Below, piece by piece: positions 17,272-27,033 of a stretch of DNA of 64,000 nt; position 1 is the stretch's first letter, and every line of letters begins with the position of its first letter. The notes under the pieces are model-generated. The model was not told the DNA's origin, searched no databases, and saw only the letters and a list, made by a program, of their open reading frames with translations. The translations under genes and the position numbers were made by a program. Source of the DNA: Bdellovibrionales bacterium (GTDB lineage Bacteria > Bdellovibrionota > Bdellovibrionia > Bdellovibrionales > UBA1609); assembly GCA_965205945.1 (NCBI GenBank), contig CBDBIB010000001.1, positions 384,525 through 448,524 on the forward strand. Reading direction: 5' to 3'.

Positions 17272-18546
17272 CTAAAAGTAACTTAATGACTTAAGCCATG
17301 TGTCTAAGGGCAAGCTTTCAGCAATGCGTATAAGTTCGTTATACTTTGCCGTTCTCTCTCCCCTACACAAGCTTCCCGTCTTAATTTGACTACAGTTAAG
17401 CCCCACGCAAAGATGTGAAATTGATACATCTTCAGTTTCACCACTTCTATGAGACATAACTGTTTTAAGGCCATTTTCATGCATTAAAGCTACAGCCTGA
17501 ATCGTTTCTGTAACTGTTCCTATTTGATTAGGTTTCACTAAAAGGGCATTTGCTGATTTTTCCTCTAACCCACGCTTAATACGCTCAACATTAGTTACAA
17601 ATAGATCATCCCCAACAAGTTGAACCCTATCTCCGTAAGCAGCTTGTGCGTAAGCCCAGCCAGACCAATCCTCTTCAGAAAAACCATCTTCAATACTAAT
17701 AATTGGATATTTTTCAATCATCCCTTCATAAACCTTAGACATCTCTTTAAAGCTTAGGTTTTTTCCTTCAAACTCATATTTTTTAGTGGATTTATCGTAA
17801 AACTCAGTGGCTGCCACATCTATAGCCAAAAAAATTTCTTTTCCAGTAGTATAGCCCGCCTCTTTTATAGCTTCCATTAATAAATCTAAAGCTTGCATAT
17901 TATTTTTAAGTTCAGGGGCAAAGCCACCCTCATCACCAACAGCTGTAGACTTTCCCTTAATCTCTAGTATTTTTTTAAGACTTTGGAAAATCTCAGCACC
18001 AGCTCTAATAGCATCAAAAAACGTCTGACCACACCTTGGAATAATCATAAACTCTTGAATATCTAAACCATTGTTTGAGTGCACCCCTCCATTTAAAACA
18101 TTCATAAGGGGGATTGGCAGTTTATAAGGTTTTGCCTTATTATAAAAAAGTTTATAATATGGAATATTTTTTTCCATGGCTTCTAATTTTGAAAATGCTA
18201 AAGATAAACCCAAAAGAGTGTTAGCCCCATAATTTGATTTATTCTTAGTTTCTTCAGCATTTAAAAGCCATGAATCAAATTCACCAAAGTTATTAAACCC
18301 TTGCCCTTTAAATTTTTCAAATAATTTAAGAACGTTGTTTCTAGCCTGTAAAACACCTTTTCCTGAAAACTTAGTCTTATCCCCATCTCGAAGCTCATAG
18401 GCTTCAAAAGCACCCGTTGAAGCACCTGATGGAACAGCTGCTCTAGAGGCTAGCCCATTTTTTGACATCATTTCAACTTCTAATGTCGGGTTCCCTCTTG
18501 AGTCTAATATTTGCCTTGCCTTTATAGCAGTTATAACCGTTTCCAT
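17272..18546 (-). CDS. eno: enolase
   Basis: 'ARQILDSRGNPTLEVE', 'SHRSGETED' and 'IKTGSLCRGERTAKYN'. Confidence 0.97.
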   Translation of the reverse strand: METVITAIKARQILDSRGNPTLEVEMMSKNGLASRAAVPSGASTGAFEAYELRDGDKTKFSGKGVLQARNNVLKLFEKFKGQGFNNFGEFDSWLLNAEETKNKSNYGANTLLGLSLAFSKLEAMEKNIPYYKLFYNKAKPYKLPIPLMNVLNGGVHSNNGLDIQEFMIIPRCGQTFFDAIRAGAEIFQSLKKILEIKGKSTAVGDEGGFAPELKNNMQALDLLMEAIKEAGYTTGKEIFLAIDVAATEFYDKSTKKYEFEGKNLSFKEMSKVYEGMIEKYPIISIEDGFSEEDWSGWAYAQAAYGDRVQLVGDDLFVTNVERIKRGLEEKSANALLVKPNQIGTVTETIQAVALMHENGLKTVMSHRSGETEDVSISHLCVGLNCSQIKTGSLCRGERTAKYNELIRIAESLPLDTWLKSLSYF

Positions 18547-18564
18547 AAAACCTTCTCCTAATTT

Positions 18565-19509
18565 CTAATGATCTAAGCTTAGACCTATCTGCTCGCCCTT
18601 ATATAAAGGAGGAGGTAGAGTAGTTGGCAAGATAGTGGGACTCGTTAATTTATTTTTTATATCTTCAACTTTTTTATTATGAAGGCCTTTAAGTTGATGC
18701 CAATTAAGCTTTTTAATCGCCTCTTTAAACCACTTTTTTTGATCAAACTCAGCTCTTAAAAGAACTATCAATTGGTATGACCTTAAGAAATAATCATTTA
18801 AAATCTCTACATCTTGAATGATTTTTTCAATGTCAATATTAACTGATTTTAAATTTTTAGCTTTATATTTAAGGTCTAAAATTTCGCTCTGTTGTCTTTG
18901 AATAATCTTAACCGCTTCTTTATAAATTTCAGGTTTAAAGTTTAAAGGCTCTTTTTTTTCTTCAAAAAACGAATCTTGTTTTTTTGACCAATCAATAGAA
19001 ACAAAAGTTTCTGCCCAATTTACTAAAGACACCTCTACCCCTACATACTTTGAAACAACCTCTAAAGCTCCTGCTAAATAATCCGTAACCAACGGCATCT
19101 CATCTGAGGATAAAGAAACCTTAAACTTTGACAGCTTTTTAGAACGTTTAATCCAAGAAAAATTTAAATCCGGCCTTACAAAATATGATAAAAACTTTTC
19201 AGGATACTCAAAAATTTCAGATGGTGATTGTAAAATTCTTAAGACCTGATCTAAAAGACCCCAGCCCCTAATATCTAAAGCTTTTAAAGCAACTTCTTTA
19301 GGACAAAAGTCAAGAAAATCCCTACTCACTAAATCTAAAAATAGTTCAACTTGATCTGCCTTAATCCACGCCTCAGAATCAAAAGCTTTGTATGCTAACA
19401 AATCTGCTTGCTCAAGATAGTTACCAACAGCAACCCCTTTAGCCTCAAGATCCATACATACTGATTTAGTTATCTTAGCACTTAGCTCTAAAGTAGTTAA
19501 TGGCTCCAC
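18565..19509 (-). CDS. hypothetical protein
   Basis: 314-aa ORF between the CpaF-like ATPase gene and eno; no diagnostic motif recognised. Confidence 0.5.
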   Translation of the reverse strand: MEPLTTLELSAKITKSVCMDLEAKGVAVGNYLEQADLLAYKAFDSEAWIKADQVELFLDLVSRDFLDFCPKEVALKALDIRGWGLLDQVLRILQSPSEIFEYPEKFLSYFVRPDLNFSWIKRSKKLSKFKVSLSSDEMPLVTDYLAGALEVVSKYVGVEVSLVNWAETFVSIDWSKKQDSFFEEKKEPLNFKPEIYKEAVKIIQRQQSEILDLKYKAKNLKSVNIDIEKIIQDVEILNDYFLRSYQLIVLLRAEFDQKKWFKEAIKKLNWHQLKGLHNKKVEDIKNKLTSPTILPTTLPPPLYKGEQIGLSLDH

Positions 19510-19566
19510 ACAGATTTGTTATCCATTTTTTTAAAAAGAGTCATCTTTAATAATATTAAGGCTAAT

Positions 19567-20688
19567 TCAAGCTGCCTTTTTATTAAACAAAGACCTTGAA
19601 AACGGTATGGCATTATCTTCAATTTCACCCATAAAAGTTGGTGTGTTTACAGGCTCTAATCTACCCTTAAGCTTTCCATCAGACTGCTTGATTAATCTAC
19701 TCATTCTAAACACATCCATATACTCATAGTTTCCCTTAGTATCCATTCCTAAAACTTCAGTAATACCAGAAATTCTTCTACTGCCATCTGAAAACCTTGA
19801 GACTTGAACAATAAGGTCTACTGCTGCAGAAATTTGTTGTAATAATGCTGTTTCAGAAATTTTAACATTGCCACTCTGCGCCAGAGCCTGAAGGCGAGTT
19901 AAAGATTCAGATGCTGCATTAGCATGCACAGTTCCCATACAACCTTTATGCCCTGTACTCATAGCTTGAATCAATTCTAAAGCTTCTGGCCCGCGCACTT
20001 CTCCCACAATAATCCTATCTGGACGTAAACGAAGGCTTGAAACCACAAGATCTCTAATACTTACTTCAGTATCACCGCGCTCATTAGCCATTCTAGTTTC
20101 AAAAAACACAACATGCTCATACTCAACTTTTAATTCTGTTGAATCTTCAATAACAATAATTCTCTCACCTGAAGGAATTCGGGAAGTTAAAAGACCTAAT
20201 AAAGTTGTCTTACCTGAGCCTGTTCCTCCACTTACTAAAATATTTTTACCTAATCTCATAGCTGCATCTAAAAACTGTGCACCTTCAACAGTAATGGCAC
20301 CTAATTGTACATATTTTTTAAATGTCATATCTGACTTAAAAAATTTTCGAATAGCAACTGTTGTTCCTTTACGTGACATTGGTGGAAGTACTGCATGTAT
20401 TCTTGAACCGTCAGGAAGTCGCGCATCAAGCCTTGGCTCAATATCAGTAATTCTCCTACCAACCGATTGAGCAATAGCATTTATGGCAGCACGAAGGGCA
20501 TCCTCATCTGGAAATTTTGCATCTGAAAGCACCATCTTACCACCACGTTCAATAAATATTTCATCTGAACCATTAATTAAAATTTCAGAAACCGTATCAT
20601 CTTCTAAAAGAGAATGAATTGGTGCTAAATTATTTTTAATAGCAGCCTGAAAGACCCCTTCTTCTTCATTTTTTTTTTCATCCCTCAT
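19567..20688 (-). CDS. CpaF/TadA/VirB11-family secretion ATPase
   Basis: Walker A 'VSGGTGSGKTTLL', Asp box 'RIIVIEDSTEL', Walker B/His box 'RLRPDRIIVGEVRG.EA...AMSTGHKGCMGTVHA'. Confidence 0.88.
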   Translation of the reverse strand: MRDEKKNEEEGVFQAAIKNNLAPIHSLLEDDTVSEILINGSDEIFIERGGKMVLSDAKFPDEDALRAAINAIAQSVGRRITDIEPRLDARLPDGSRIHAVLPPMSRKGTTVAIRKFFKSDMTFKKYVQLGAITVEGAQFLDAAMRLGKNILVSGGTGSGKTTLLGLLTSRIPSGERIIVIEDSTELKVEYEHVVFFETRMANERGDTEVSIRDLVVSSLRLRPDRIIVGEVRGPEALELIQAMSTGHKGCMGTVHANAASESLTRLQALAQSGNVKISETALLQQISAAVDLIVQVSRFSDGSRRISGITEVLGMDTKGNYEYMDVFRMSRLIKQSDGKLKGRLEPVNTPTFMGEIEDNAIPFSRSLFNKKAA

Positions 20689-20924
20689 ACTAAAGTTATC
20701 GGCATTTTATAGTTTTATGTTAAATCCTAATAGACCTAGGCCTTTATCTATATTATTTTAAACCCTTTGCTTAAAATAGAACGGTTAAATACAAAAACAG
20801 GGTTCTACGATTATAATGTCATAAGTAAAGCTAAAAAAAGAAATTTATTTAAAAACTCTTATAAACTTTCCCAGTAATCAATAGATTAAATACAGGTTAC
20901 AAAAAACAATGGCCAAAGTCTTAG

Positions 20925-21476
20925 TCAAACTGATGTAACTTTAAAAGAGGCTTGATAAATATCTTTAAGTTCTTCTTCAATTTTTTTTAAACACAAGGTT
21001 ATAAACGCTACAGGATCAACATTTAAGTCTTTAAGTCCAATTGCTCTTACTGGAGCCCCTTTAAAGTCTACATTCACACCAAAATGAATTAAGCTTGATA
21101 ATGGGCTTACCGTTGCAATAGAAACATTAAGTTTTTTACCATCACAATAAATATCATCACCTTTTCTCACAAAACTCCTATCTGTAAGCGACACTAAAAC
21201 ATCAATCACTATTTCAGCCATTATTCTTTGAACACAAATACCAAAAAAAATATCCTTATGAAAAAATTCACATAAAAAATGAATCATTTTTTTTGACTTT
21301 ATAAAATCATTTTTTATACGCTCTTTTGCATCAACTAAATCAGTTGTTTTAACATCACAAGGCCCTATCCACGATAAGATTCCATCACCTTTTAATCCAT
21401 GCTCATATAAAAACAATGACCTTAATTGTGGCCCTGTATAAGTAAACTCTTTAGTTAAAAATTTAGTACTTATCAT
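20925..21476 (-). CDS. uncharacterised protein, possibly DUF366-like, translationally coupled to queC
   Basis: 183-aa ORF overlapping the queC stop by 4 nt. 'KKLNVSIATVSPLSSLIHFGVNV' resembles my recollection of DUF366, from memory only. Confidence 0.45.
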   Translation of the reverse strand: MISTKFLTKEFTYTGPQLRSLFLYEHGLKGDGILSWIGPCDVKTTDLVDAKERIKNDFIKSKKMIHFLCEFFHKDIFFGICVQRIMAEIVIDVLVSLTDRSFVRKGDDIYCDGKKLNVSIATVSPLSSLIHFGVNVDFKGAPVRAIGLKDLNVDPVAFITLCLKKIEEELKDIYQASFKVTSV

Positions 21477-22129
21477 AATCCACTTTCTTTTCTTGCCTTT
21501 AAATACCTTTTACACGATTCACAGGCTCCACAAATCTCTTCATCATTTTTATAGCAGGGCCATAATTTTTGAAAATTCACATCAAGCTTTTTACCAAGTT
21601 TTACAATATCAACTTTGTTAAGATTTACCGTCGGACTAACAACTCTAACACGAGCTCTTGTAGAAGACTCTAACGCTTTGTTAGTATCATCAATAAATTG
21701 CTTAGAGTTATCTAAAAATGTCTGAGCCTCTTCTAAATTAAAACCTAAAACAATATGATCAATTTTCTTAGCTTCAGCAATTGATGCTGCAGCATTGATA
21801 AAAAGACCATTTCTATTAGGAACCCATACAGCTTTTGCTGTTTCTTTTAAAACCTCTATACTATTAATATCTACCAAAGTACCTTGTGGAATCAAATTCT
21901 CAACTTTATTTAAAGCTGAGCTAGACACTTCTCCTAAAAATTTTAAATCAATTTCTAAAAAGCCGGCCTCCACTAAACCAGCAAAGTACCTAGATGCTTT
22001 TCTTTCTTTTTCTAACGCTTTTTGGCCATAATTAAAAAACACAGCATCAACTGATTCGTATTCTTTCTCAGCCCATAAGAGTGACACTGTAGAGTCTAGT
22101 CCACCACTTAAACATACTAAAGCCTTCAT
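21473..22129 (-). CDS. queC: 7-cyano-7-deazaguanine (preQ0) synthase
   Basis: PP-loop 'LSGGLDSTV' and a C-terminal Cys cluster 'CYKNDEEICGACESCKRY'. Confidence 0.92.
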   Translation of the reverse strand: MKALVCLSGGLDSTVSLLWAEKEYESVDAVFFNYGQKALEKERKASRYFAGLVEAGFLEIDLKFLGEVSSSALNKVENLIPQGTLVDINSIEVLKETAKAVWVPNRNGLFINAAASIAEAKKIDHIVLGFNLEEAQTFLDNSKQFIDDTNKALESSTRARVRVVSPTVNLNKVDIVKLGKKLDVNFQKLWPCYKNDEEICGACESCKRYLKARKESGL

Positions 22130-23880
22130 TAAATTTCGCGCCCAAAATGCAATCCACTACTCACTTCAACTTCACTCATTAAAAGCTGTAGTGTTTCTAT
22201 ATTTCTAAAAAAATTAATATTCGGATTCACATAAAAATTAAATTTATAGCTTATATAATTTTGAGATTCGATCATTAGGGCCACTTCATGATCTTTTTGT
22301 GGTGAAAACCAAAGCACATCAAAAGTTTTTCCTTTTTTATCAGACACTAAGAGCTTGTAATGTTTGTCTTTAAGTTTTCTAACCAAGACTATTTCAAGAT
22401 CTGAAATCTTAAAGATAGGCTGTTCAAAATCAACTCCAAAAGGTTCTAAGTGCTTTAACCAATTTAAAAAACTCTGATTAAGCTCTCCTAAATAAACTTC
22501 ACAATCATACTTTACCCCAAATGCAATATTAGCTTCTTTTGTAAAAAAATCCTCTAAATACATATTCAGTTCATTTTTAAACTGAGGAGCTTTTTTAAGC
22601 TCAAGTTCAAAACCTGCCGCCTCAGCATGACCACCAAATTGAATTAAACTTGGACAAAATGACATCATCTCTTTTAACGACAGCCCTGTCTTACCAGGGA
22701 GCCTTGCGCTCCCAATAATTTGTCCGTTCTTTAAAATATTTCCTATAAAAGCTGGAACACCATATTCTTCTACTAGTCTTGTTGCAATAAGCCCTCTTAC
22801 TCCTGGGTGAATATCTTTTGAAATAAAAAAGCAAAGCTTTTTAGGAGGATACTTTCTAAAATAATCCATAGCTTTTTTAAGGTCTTTTTCTAAAGATTGA
22901 ACTCTTTTCTCATTGACTAAAAAAGCTTCTGACACCAATTTCTCAGCCGTCTGCTTATTTTCTTCAATTAAAATCGCCGTTGGTCTTAACTCTGTATCCA
23001 GGCGTGATAATGAATTTAACTTTGGAGCAATTTTAAAACCAATATCGCTTGAACTCATCTGTTTGCCCACTAATTCACATCTAGCTTTTAAGGCTTGTAA
23101 GCCTGGTCTTATCGTATTAGAAAACCTTTTAAGCCCCCTTTTAACCAATACTCTATTTTCTTTAACCAATGGCACCATATCCGTAAGTGTTCCAATAACA
23201 AATAAATCTAGTAACGATTCTAAACTAAACCCTGACTTAATCTCTTCATGTAAATTTTTTAAATACTTTACAAAACCATATACTAAATAAAAAGCAACCC
23301 CTGCACCACACAAATGCCCAAGCCCTGCCCTACATTCTTTTGTATTAGGATTAATAATAGTCAGTGCTTGTGGGAGTGTTGCATCTGGTAAATGGTGATC
23401 TGTTAAAATAACATCTACACTCTTTTTTTTAGCATATAAGCAAGTCTCATGAGCCGTTATACCTACATCAACAGTTATGATTAGACTCACACCCTTTGCT
23501 TTAAGAACGTCCACCCCTACTTTATGAAAACCATACCCCTCTACTAGACGTCTTGGCTGATATATTTGAATATTATTAAAACCAAGCTGCCCAAGGCCAT
23601 GAAATAAAATTGCCGCCGCAGAAGAGCCATCTAAATCATAATCACAATAAATTCCTAATGTCTCATTGTTTTTATAAGCTTTAAAAAGCCTTACACAAGC
23701 CTCATCCATACCATTTAAAGTAAATGGTGATTTAATATCTTTCATAGATGGGTTTAAAAACTCAAGTTGATCTTCTTGATTTAAAAAACCCTTGGTTTTT
23801 AAAAATCTAGATATAAGTTCGGGAATATAGGTTCCAGTTGATTTGTTTGTTTGTATATTTTTTTGAACCTGTTTTCTCAA
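22129..23880 (-). CDS. recJ: single-stranded-DNA-specific exonuclease RecJ
   Basis: DHH-family motifs 'IYCDYDLDGSSAAA', 'ITVDVGI', 'ILTDHHLP' and DHHA1 'GGHAEAAGF'. TAATG stop/start overlap with queC. Confidence 0.92.
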   Translation of the reverse strand: MRKQVQKNIQTNKSTGTYIPELISRFLKTKGFLNQEDQLEFLNPSMKDIKSPFTLNGMDEACVRLFKAYKNNETLGIYCDYDLDGSSAAAILFHGLGQLGFNNIQIYQPRRLVEGYGFHKVGVDVLKAKGVSLIITVDVGITAHETCLYAKKKSVDVILTDHHLPDATLPQALTIINPNTKECRAGLGHLCGAGVAFYLVYGFVKYLKNLHEEIKSGFSLESLLDLFVIGTLTDMVPLVKENRVLVKRGLKRFSNTIRPGLQALKARCELVGKQMSSSDIGFKIAPKLNSLSRLDTELRPTAILIEENKQTAEKLVSEAFLVNEKRVQSLEKDLKKAMDYFRKYPPKKLCFFISKDIHPGVRGLIATRLVEEYGVPAFIGNILKNGQIIGSARLPGKTGLSLKEMMSFCPSLIQFGGHAEAAGFELELKKAPQFKNELNMYLEDFFTKEANIAFGVKYDCEVYLGELNQSFLNWLKHLEPFGVDFEQPIFKISDLEIVLVRKLKDKHYKLLVSDKKGKTFDVLWFSPQKDHEVALMIESQNYISYKFNFYVNPNINFFRNIETLQLLMSEVEVSSGLHFGREI

Positions 23881-23900
23881 TTGCGCCTCTGCTAAAGAAA

Positions 23901-24821
23901 TTAACCTTTAGATGAAATTAATTTATCAAAGAAAATTGTTAAAGGCGATGCTACGTAAATTGAACTATATGTTCCGACAAAAACACCAATAGCTAGCGTA
24001 AACGCTAAATCTTTAATCACTCCAGTTCCTACAAAGTATAAACATGAGATTGCAATTAAAGTTGTAACAGATGTTAAAACTGTTCTAGATAAGACATCAT
24101 TAATTGATCTATTTACTGTAAACTCTAAAGCTTTTTGTTTAAAACGAGGAATATTCTCCCTGATTCTATCAAAATTCACAATTGTATCATTTAAAGAGTA
24201 ACCAATAATTGTTAAAATTGCAGCTAACGTTTGAACGTTAACCTCTTTACCTAAAAGAGAAAATATTCCTAATGTAATAATAGCATCATGAAACAAGCAA
24301 ATCACAGCACCTGGAGCAAACTGATAATCAAACCTAAAACCTACATAAATAAGAATCATAATTAGAGAATAAAAAATTGCAAGCATTCCATTTGTTCTAA
24401 GCTCAGCACCAATTTGTGGGCCAACAGAATTTACTCTCCTTAATTCTACTCCAGGATATTTGTTCTTTAAACCTGCTGTAATTTTTTTAACTGCCTCATT
24501 AACCAAAGCTGTTGTCTTAGCTTGTGTTGCTCCTTTAACTGACTCTGTTCTAATCAAAAACTCATTGTCTTCCCCAAAAGATTGAACTGAAGCTTTCTCA
24601 AGCCCTAAACCCTTTACTAAACTCCTAATATCATCAGCTTTAACCGCTACATCAAACTTCACCTGAACTTCAGTTCCACCAGAAAAATCAATTCCATAAT
24701 TAAAATTTTTTGTAAAGATTAACCCCAATGAAACAAGAACCAGCACTAAAGAAACTCCCCCAAAAACTGGAGCTCTTCTAACAAATTCTATTCTCCCTCT
24801 ATCTAAATCTCTTACACTCAT
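23901..24821 (-). CDS. secF: protein translocase subunit SecF; start revised to ATG 24821
   Basis: 'GIDFSGGTEVQV' and the SecF TM bundle. AAGAGG precedes 24821; the listed start (24884) overlaps secD. Confidence 0.92.
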   Translation of the reverse strand: MSVRDLDRGRIEFVRRAPVFGGVSLVLVLVSLGLIFTKNFNYGIDFSGGTEVQVKFDVAVKADDIRSLVKGLGLEKASVQSFGEDNEFLIRTESVKGATQAKTTALVNEAVKKITAGLKNKYPGVELRRVNSVGPQIGAELRTNGMLAIFYSLIMILIYVGFRFDYQFAPGAVICLFHDAIITLGIFSLLGKEVNVQTLAAILTIIGYSLNDTIVNFDRIRENIPRFKQKALEFTVNRSINDVLSRTVLTSVTTLIAISCLYFVGTGVIKDLAFTLAIGVFVGTYSSIYVASPLTIFFDKLISSKG

Positions 24822-24843
24822 TTTAATATACCTCTTTTTAACC

Positions 24844-26556
24844 TTATAATCTTTTATTAGAAGGAAATAAGCCTGTAACACCATTTAAAACCAACGCCTC
24901 AACAACTGTTCTTGTTAAGAAAATGGCTGTAAACATTGAAGTTGCAACACCCCAAATAAGAGTTACAGCAAAACCTTTGATTGGACCTGTCCCATAAAAC
25001 ATGAGCACTAAACAAACTGCAGCAGTTGTAACATTTGCATCAAAAATTGCTGAAAAAGCCTGAGCAAAACCATCTTTAATTGCCGCTCTTAAGCCACTTC
25101 CTTTTAAAAGCTCTTCTTTAATGCGCTCAAAAATAATAACGTTTGCATCAACTGCCATACCCACTGTTAAAACAATTCCAGCAATACCAGGAAGAGTTAA
25201 TGTTGCTCCTAAAGATGTTAAAATCGTTAGGATTAAAAAGATATTTATTGCTAAAGCAAAACCTGCAACAGCCCCTGCTAATCTATACCAACCAATCATA
25301 AAGATTAAAACAAACAGCAACCCTAAAAGCCCTGCTTGCTTACCCGCCTTAATGCTGTCCGCACCCAGTGTTGGTCCGACAGTTCTTTCCTCTAATTGCT
25401 CTAAAGAAGCAGGCAGTGCTCCTGCTCTTAAGACATTTGTTAAAAACTCAGCTTCTTGCTGTATCTCTTGACCTGTACCTAATGTGATTATACCGCCTTC
25501 TTTTAAACGACCGCCTATATTAGGAGCTGACATCACAACTTTATCTAGAATAATCGCCATTGGTTTATCTATATTCTCACCAGTAAGTTTTGCAAACTCA
25601 GCTCTCCCCTCACTTGCAACAGAGAAATTTACAACTGGTTGACCATATTCACCCACACCAACAAATGCATCTGAAATTTTATCCCCTGAAAAAACCACAT
25701 CATTTTTAACAAGCATTGGACTTTTACCATCAGTGATTTCCGTTACATTACTTAATTTTTGAAAAACCAATTCTGTTTGGGCTGGGAGTTTTTCTTTTAA
25801 ATCTTGATTAAGTCTTCTAACATAATCAATATATTTTAATCCACCCTCTTGCTTAGTTCCAATTGTATAATTACCTGCAGCTTCAGCCTCCTTAACTAAC
25901 ACATTAAGCTGTGTAAGGGTCATTTCACTTGATACAATCATCTTCTCTAAACGTGCAGCTCTATTAATAAGATCTTTTGCCTGTTCGTAGTCTTTTTCGT
26001 TAATACCTGGAAGCTGAACAACAATTCTTTCAGTCCCTTGAGCTGCAATATAGGGCTCAGAAACGCCAAATGAATCAATTCGATTTCTAATAACTTCAAT
26101 TGCTTGAACGACAATTTGTTTTTTAATTGAATTTACATATGTTTCAAAATATTGAAATGTGCTTGTTCCACTAGCGCTTGTTACCGACTGTAATATGCCA
26201 GCATAATACTGGCGAACATATGAGTTTATCACACTTAAATCCCCTGTAAATTGAATTTGTGGATTCACTCCATCTTTTTTAAATGAAATAGCACTAACCA
26301 TTCCTGGGTTTTTATTGTTGATCTCTTCTTTTAAAAGGTCTCCTAAACGATTTAGTTTTTCTCCAATCACACCTGGGGTATCCACACCTAAAACCAAGTG
26401 CAACCCTCCTTGAATATCTAGTCCGTAAACTAACGACTGAGTCGGTAACCACCCCAGTGCTTTCTCCTTAGAAATAAGATTTGGTGCAAAAATATATGCC
26501 GACACCAATATGATTGTTACAATAATTCCTATTCGCGTTGTAAGGCTTTTTATCAT
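24844..26556 (-). CDS. secD: protein translocase subunit SecD
   Basis: 'LGLDIQGGLHLVL' and the C-terminal 6-TM 'LTLPGIAGIVLTVGMAVDANVIIFERIKEE'. Confidence 0.95.
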   Translation of the reverse strand: MIKSLTTRIGIIVTIILVSAYIFAPNLISKEKALGWLPTQSLVYGLDIQGGLHLVLGVDTPGVIGEKLNRLGDLLKEEINNKNPGMVSAISFKKDGVNPQIQFTGDLSVINSYVRQYYAGILQSVTSASGTSTFQYFETYVNSIKKQIVVQAIEVIRNRIDSFGVSEPYIAAQGTERIVVQLPGINEKDYEQAKDLINRAARLEKMIVSSEMTLTQLNVLVKEAEAAGNYTIGTKQEGGLKYIDYVRRLNQDLKEKLPAQTELVFQKLSNVTEITDGKSPMLVKNDVVFSGDKISDAFVGVGEYGQPVVNFSVASEGRAEFAKLTGENIDKPMAIILDKVVMSAPNIGGRLKEGGIITLGTGQEIQQEAEFLTNVLRAGALPASLEQLEERTVGPTLGADSIKAGKQAGLLGLLFVLIFMIGWYRLAGAVAGFALAINIFLILTILTSLGATLTLPGIAGIVLTVGMAVDANVIIFERIKEELLKGSGLRAAIKDGFAQAFSAIFDANVTTAAVCLVLMFYGTGPIKGFAVTLIWGVATSMFTAIFLTRTVVEALVLNGVTGLFPSNKRL

Positions 26557-26614
26557 TTTTTCTCCAAAAAGACTTGCTGTCTTACTCTTTACTTTTTTTA
26601 ACTCTTATAAAAAT

Positions 26615-26959
26615 TTATTTAGTTTTATCTTCAACAGCACTACTCATTACATGAGATTTCATAACTTTAAGACGCATATCTTCTGAAACCTTTAAATCTA
26701 CAAATCTTTCTGTAACCGCTACAATGGTGCCGAAAATACCCCCCGCGGTCAAAACCTGATCACCCTTCTTTAAAGACTGCAAAAAGTCTTTAGATTCTTT
26801 AGCTTTTCTAGCTTGCGGTCGCAAAATTAAAAAATAAAAAACTAAAAACATCAATGCAAAAGGAATCAATCCCATCCAACCTGGACCCTGGCTAGCTTGC
26901 TGGCCTACAGCTTCTTGCCCTTGAGCAGCTGGAATAAAAAAATTAATTAAATTAAACAT
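26615..26959 (-). CDS. yajC: preprotein translocase subunit YajC
   Basis: Single TM followed by 'YFLILRPQ.RK.KE....SLKKGD.V.T.GGI.G.I'. Confidence 0.92.
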   Translation of the reverse strand: MFNLINFFIPAAQGQEAVGQQASQGPGWMGLIPFALMFLVFYFLILRPQARKAKESKDFLQSLKKGDQVLTAGGIFGTIVAVTERFVDLKVSEDMRLKVMKSHVMSSAVEDKTK

Positions 26960-27033
26960 ATATAAAACTCCTAACTTTAAATGTTTTCACTATAAAAACT
27001 AACAGCCTATGCCATACAATAAATTTTTTAATT

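Noticed and set aside
21795-22031. 78-aa plus-strand ORF
   Set aside because: It is antisense to queC.
22913-23290. 125-aa plus-strand ORF
   Set aside because: It is antisense to recJ.
25121-25471. 116-aa plus-strand ORF
   Set aside because: It is antisense to secD.
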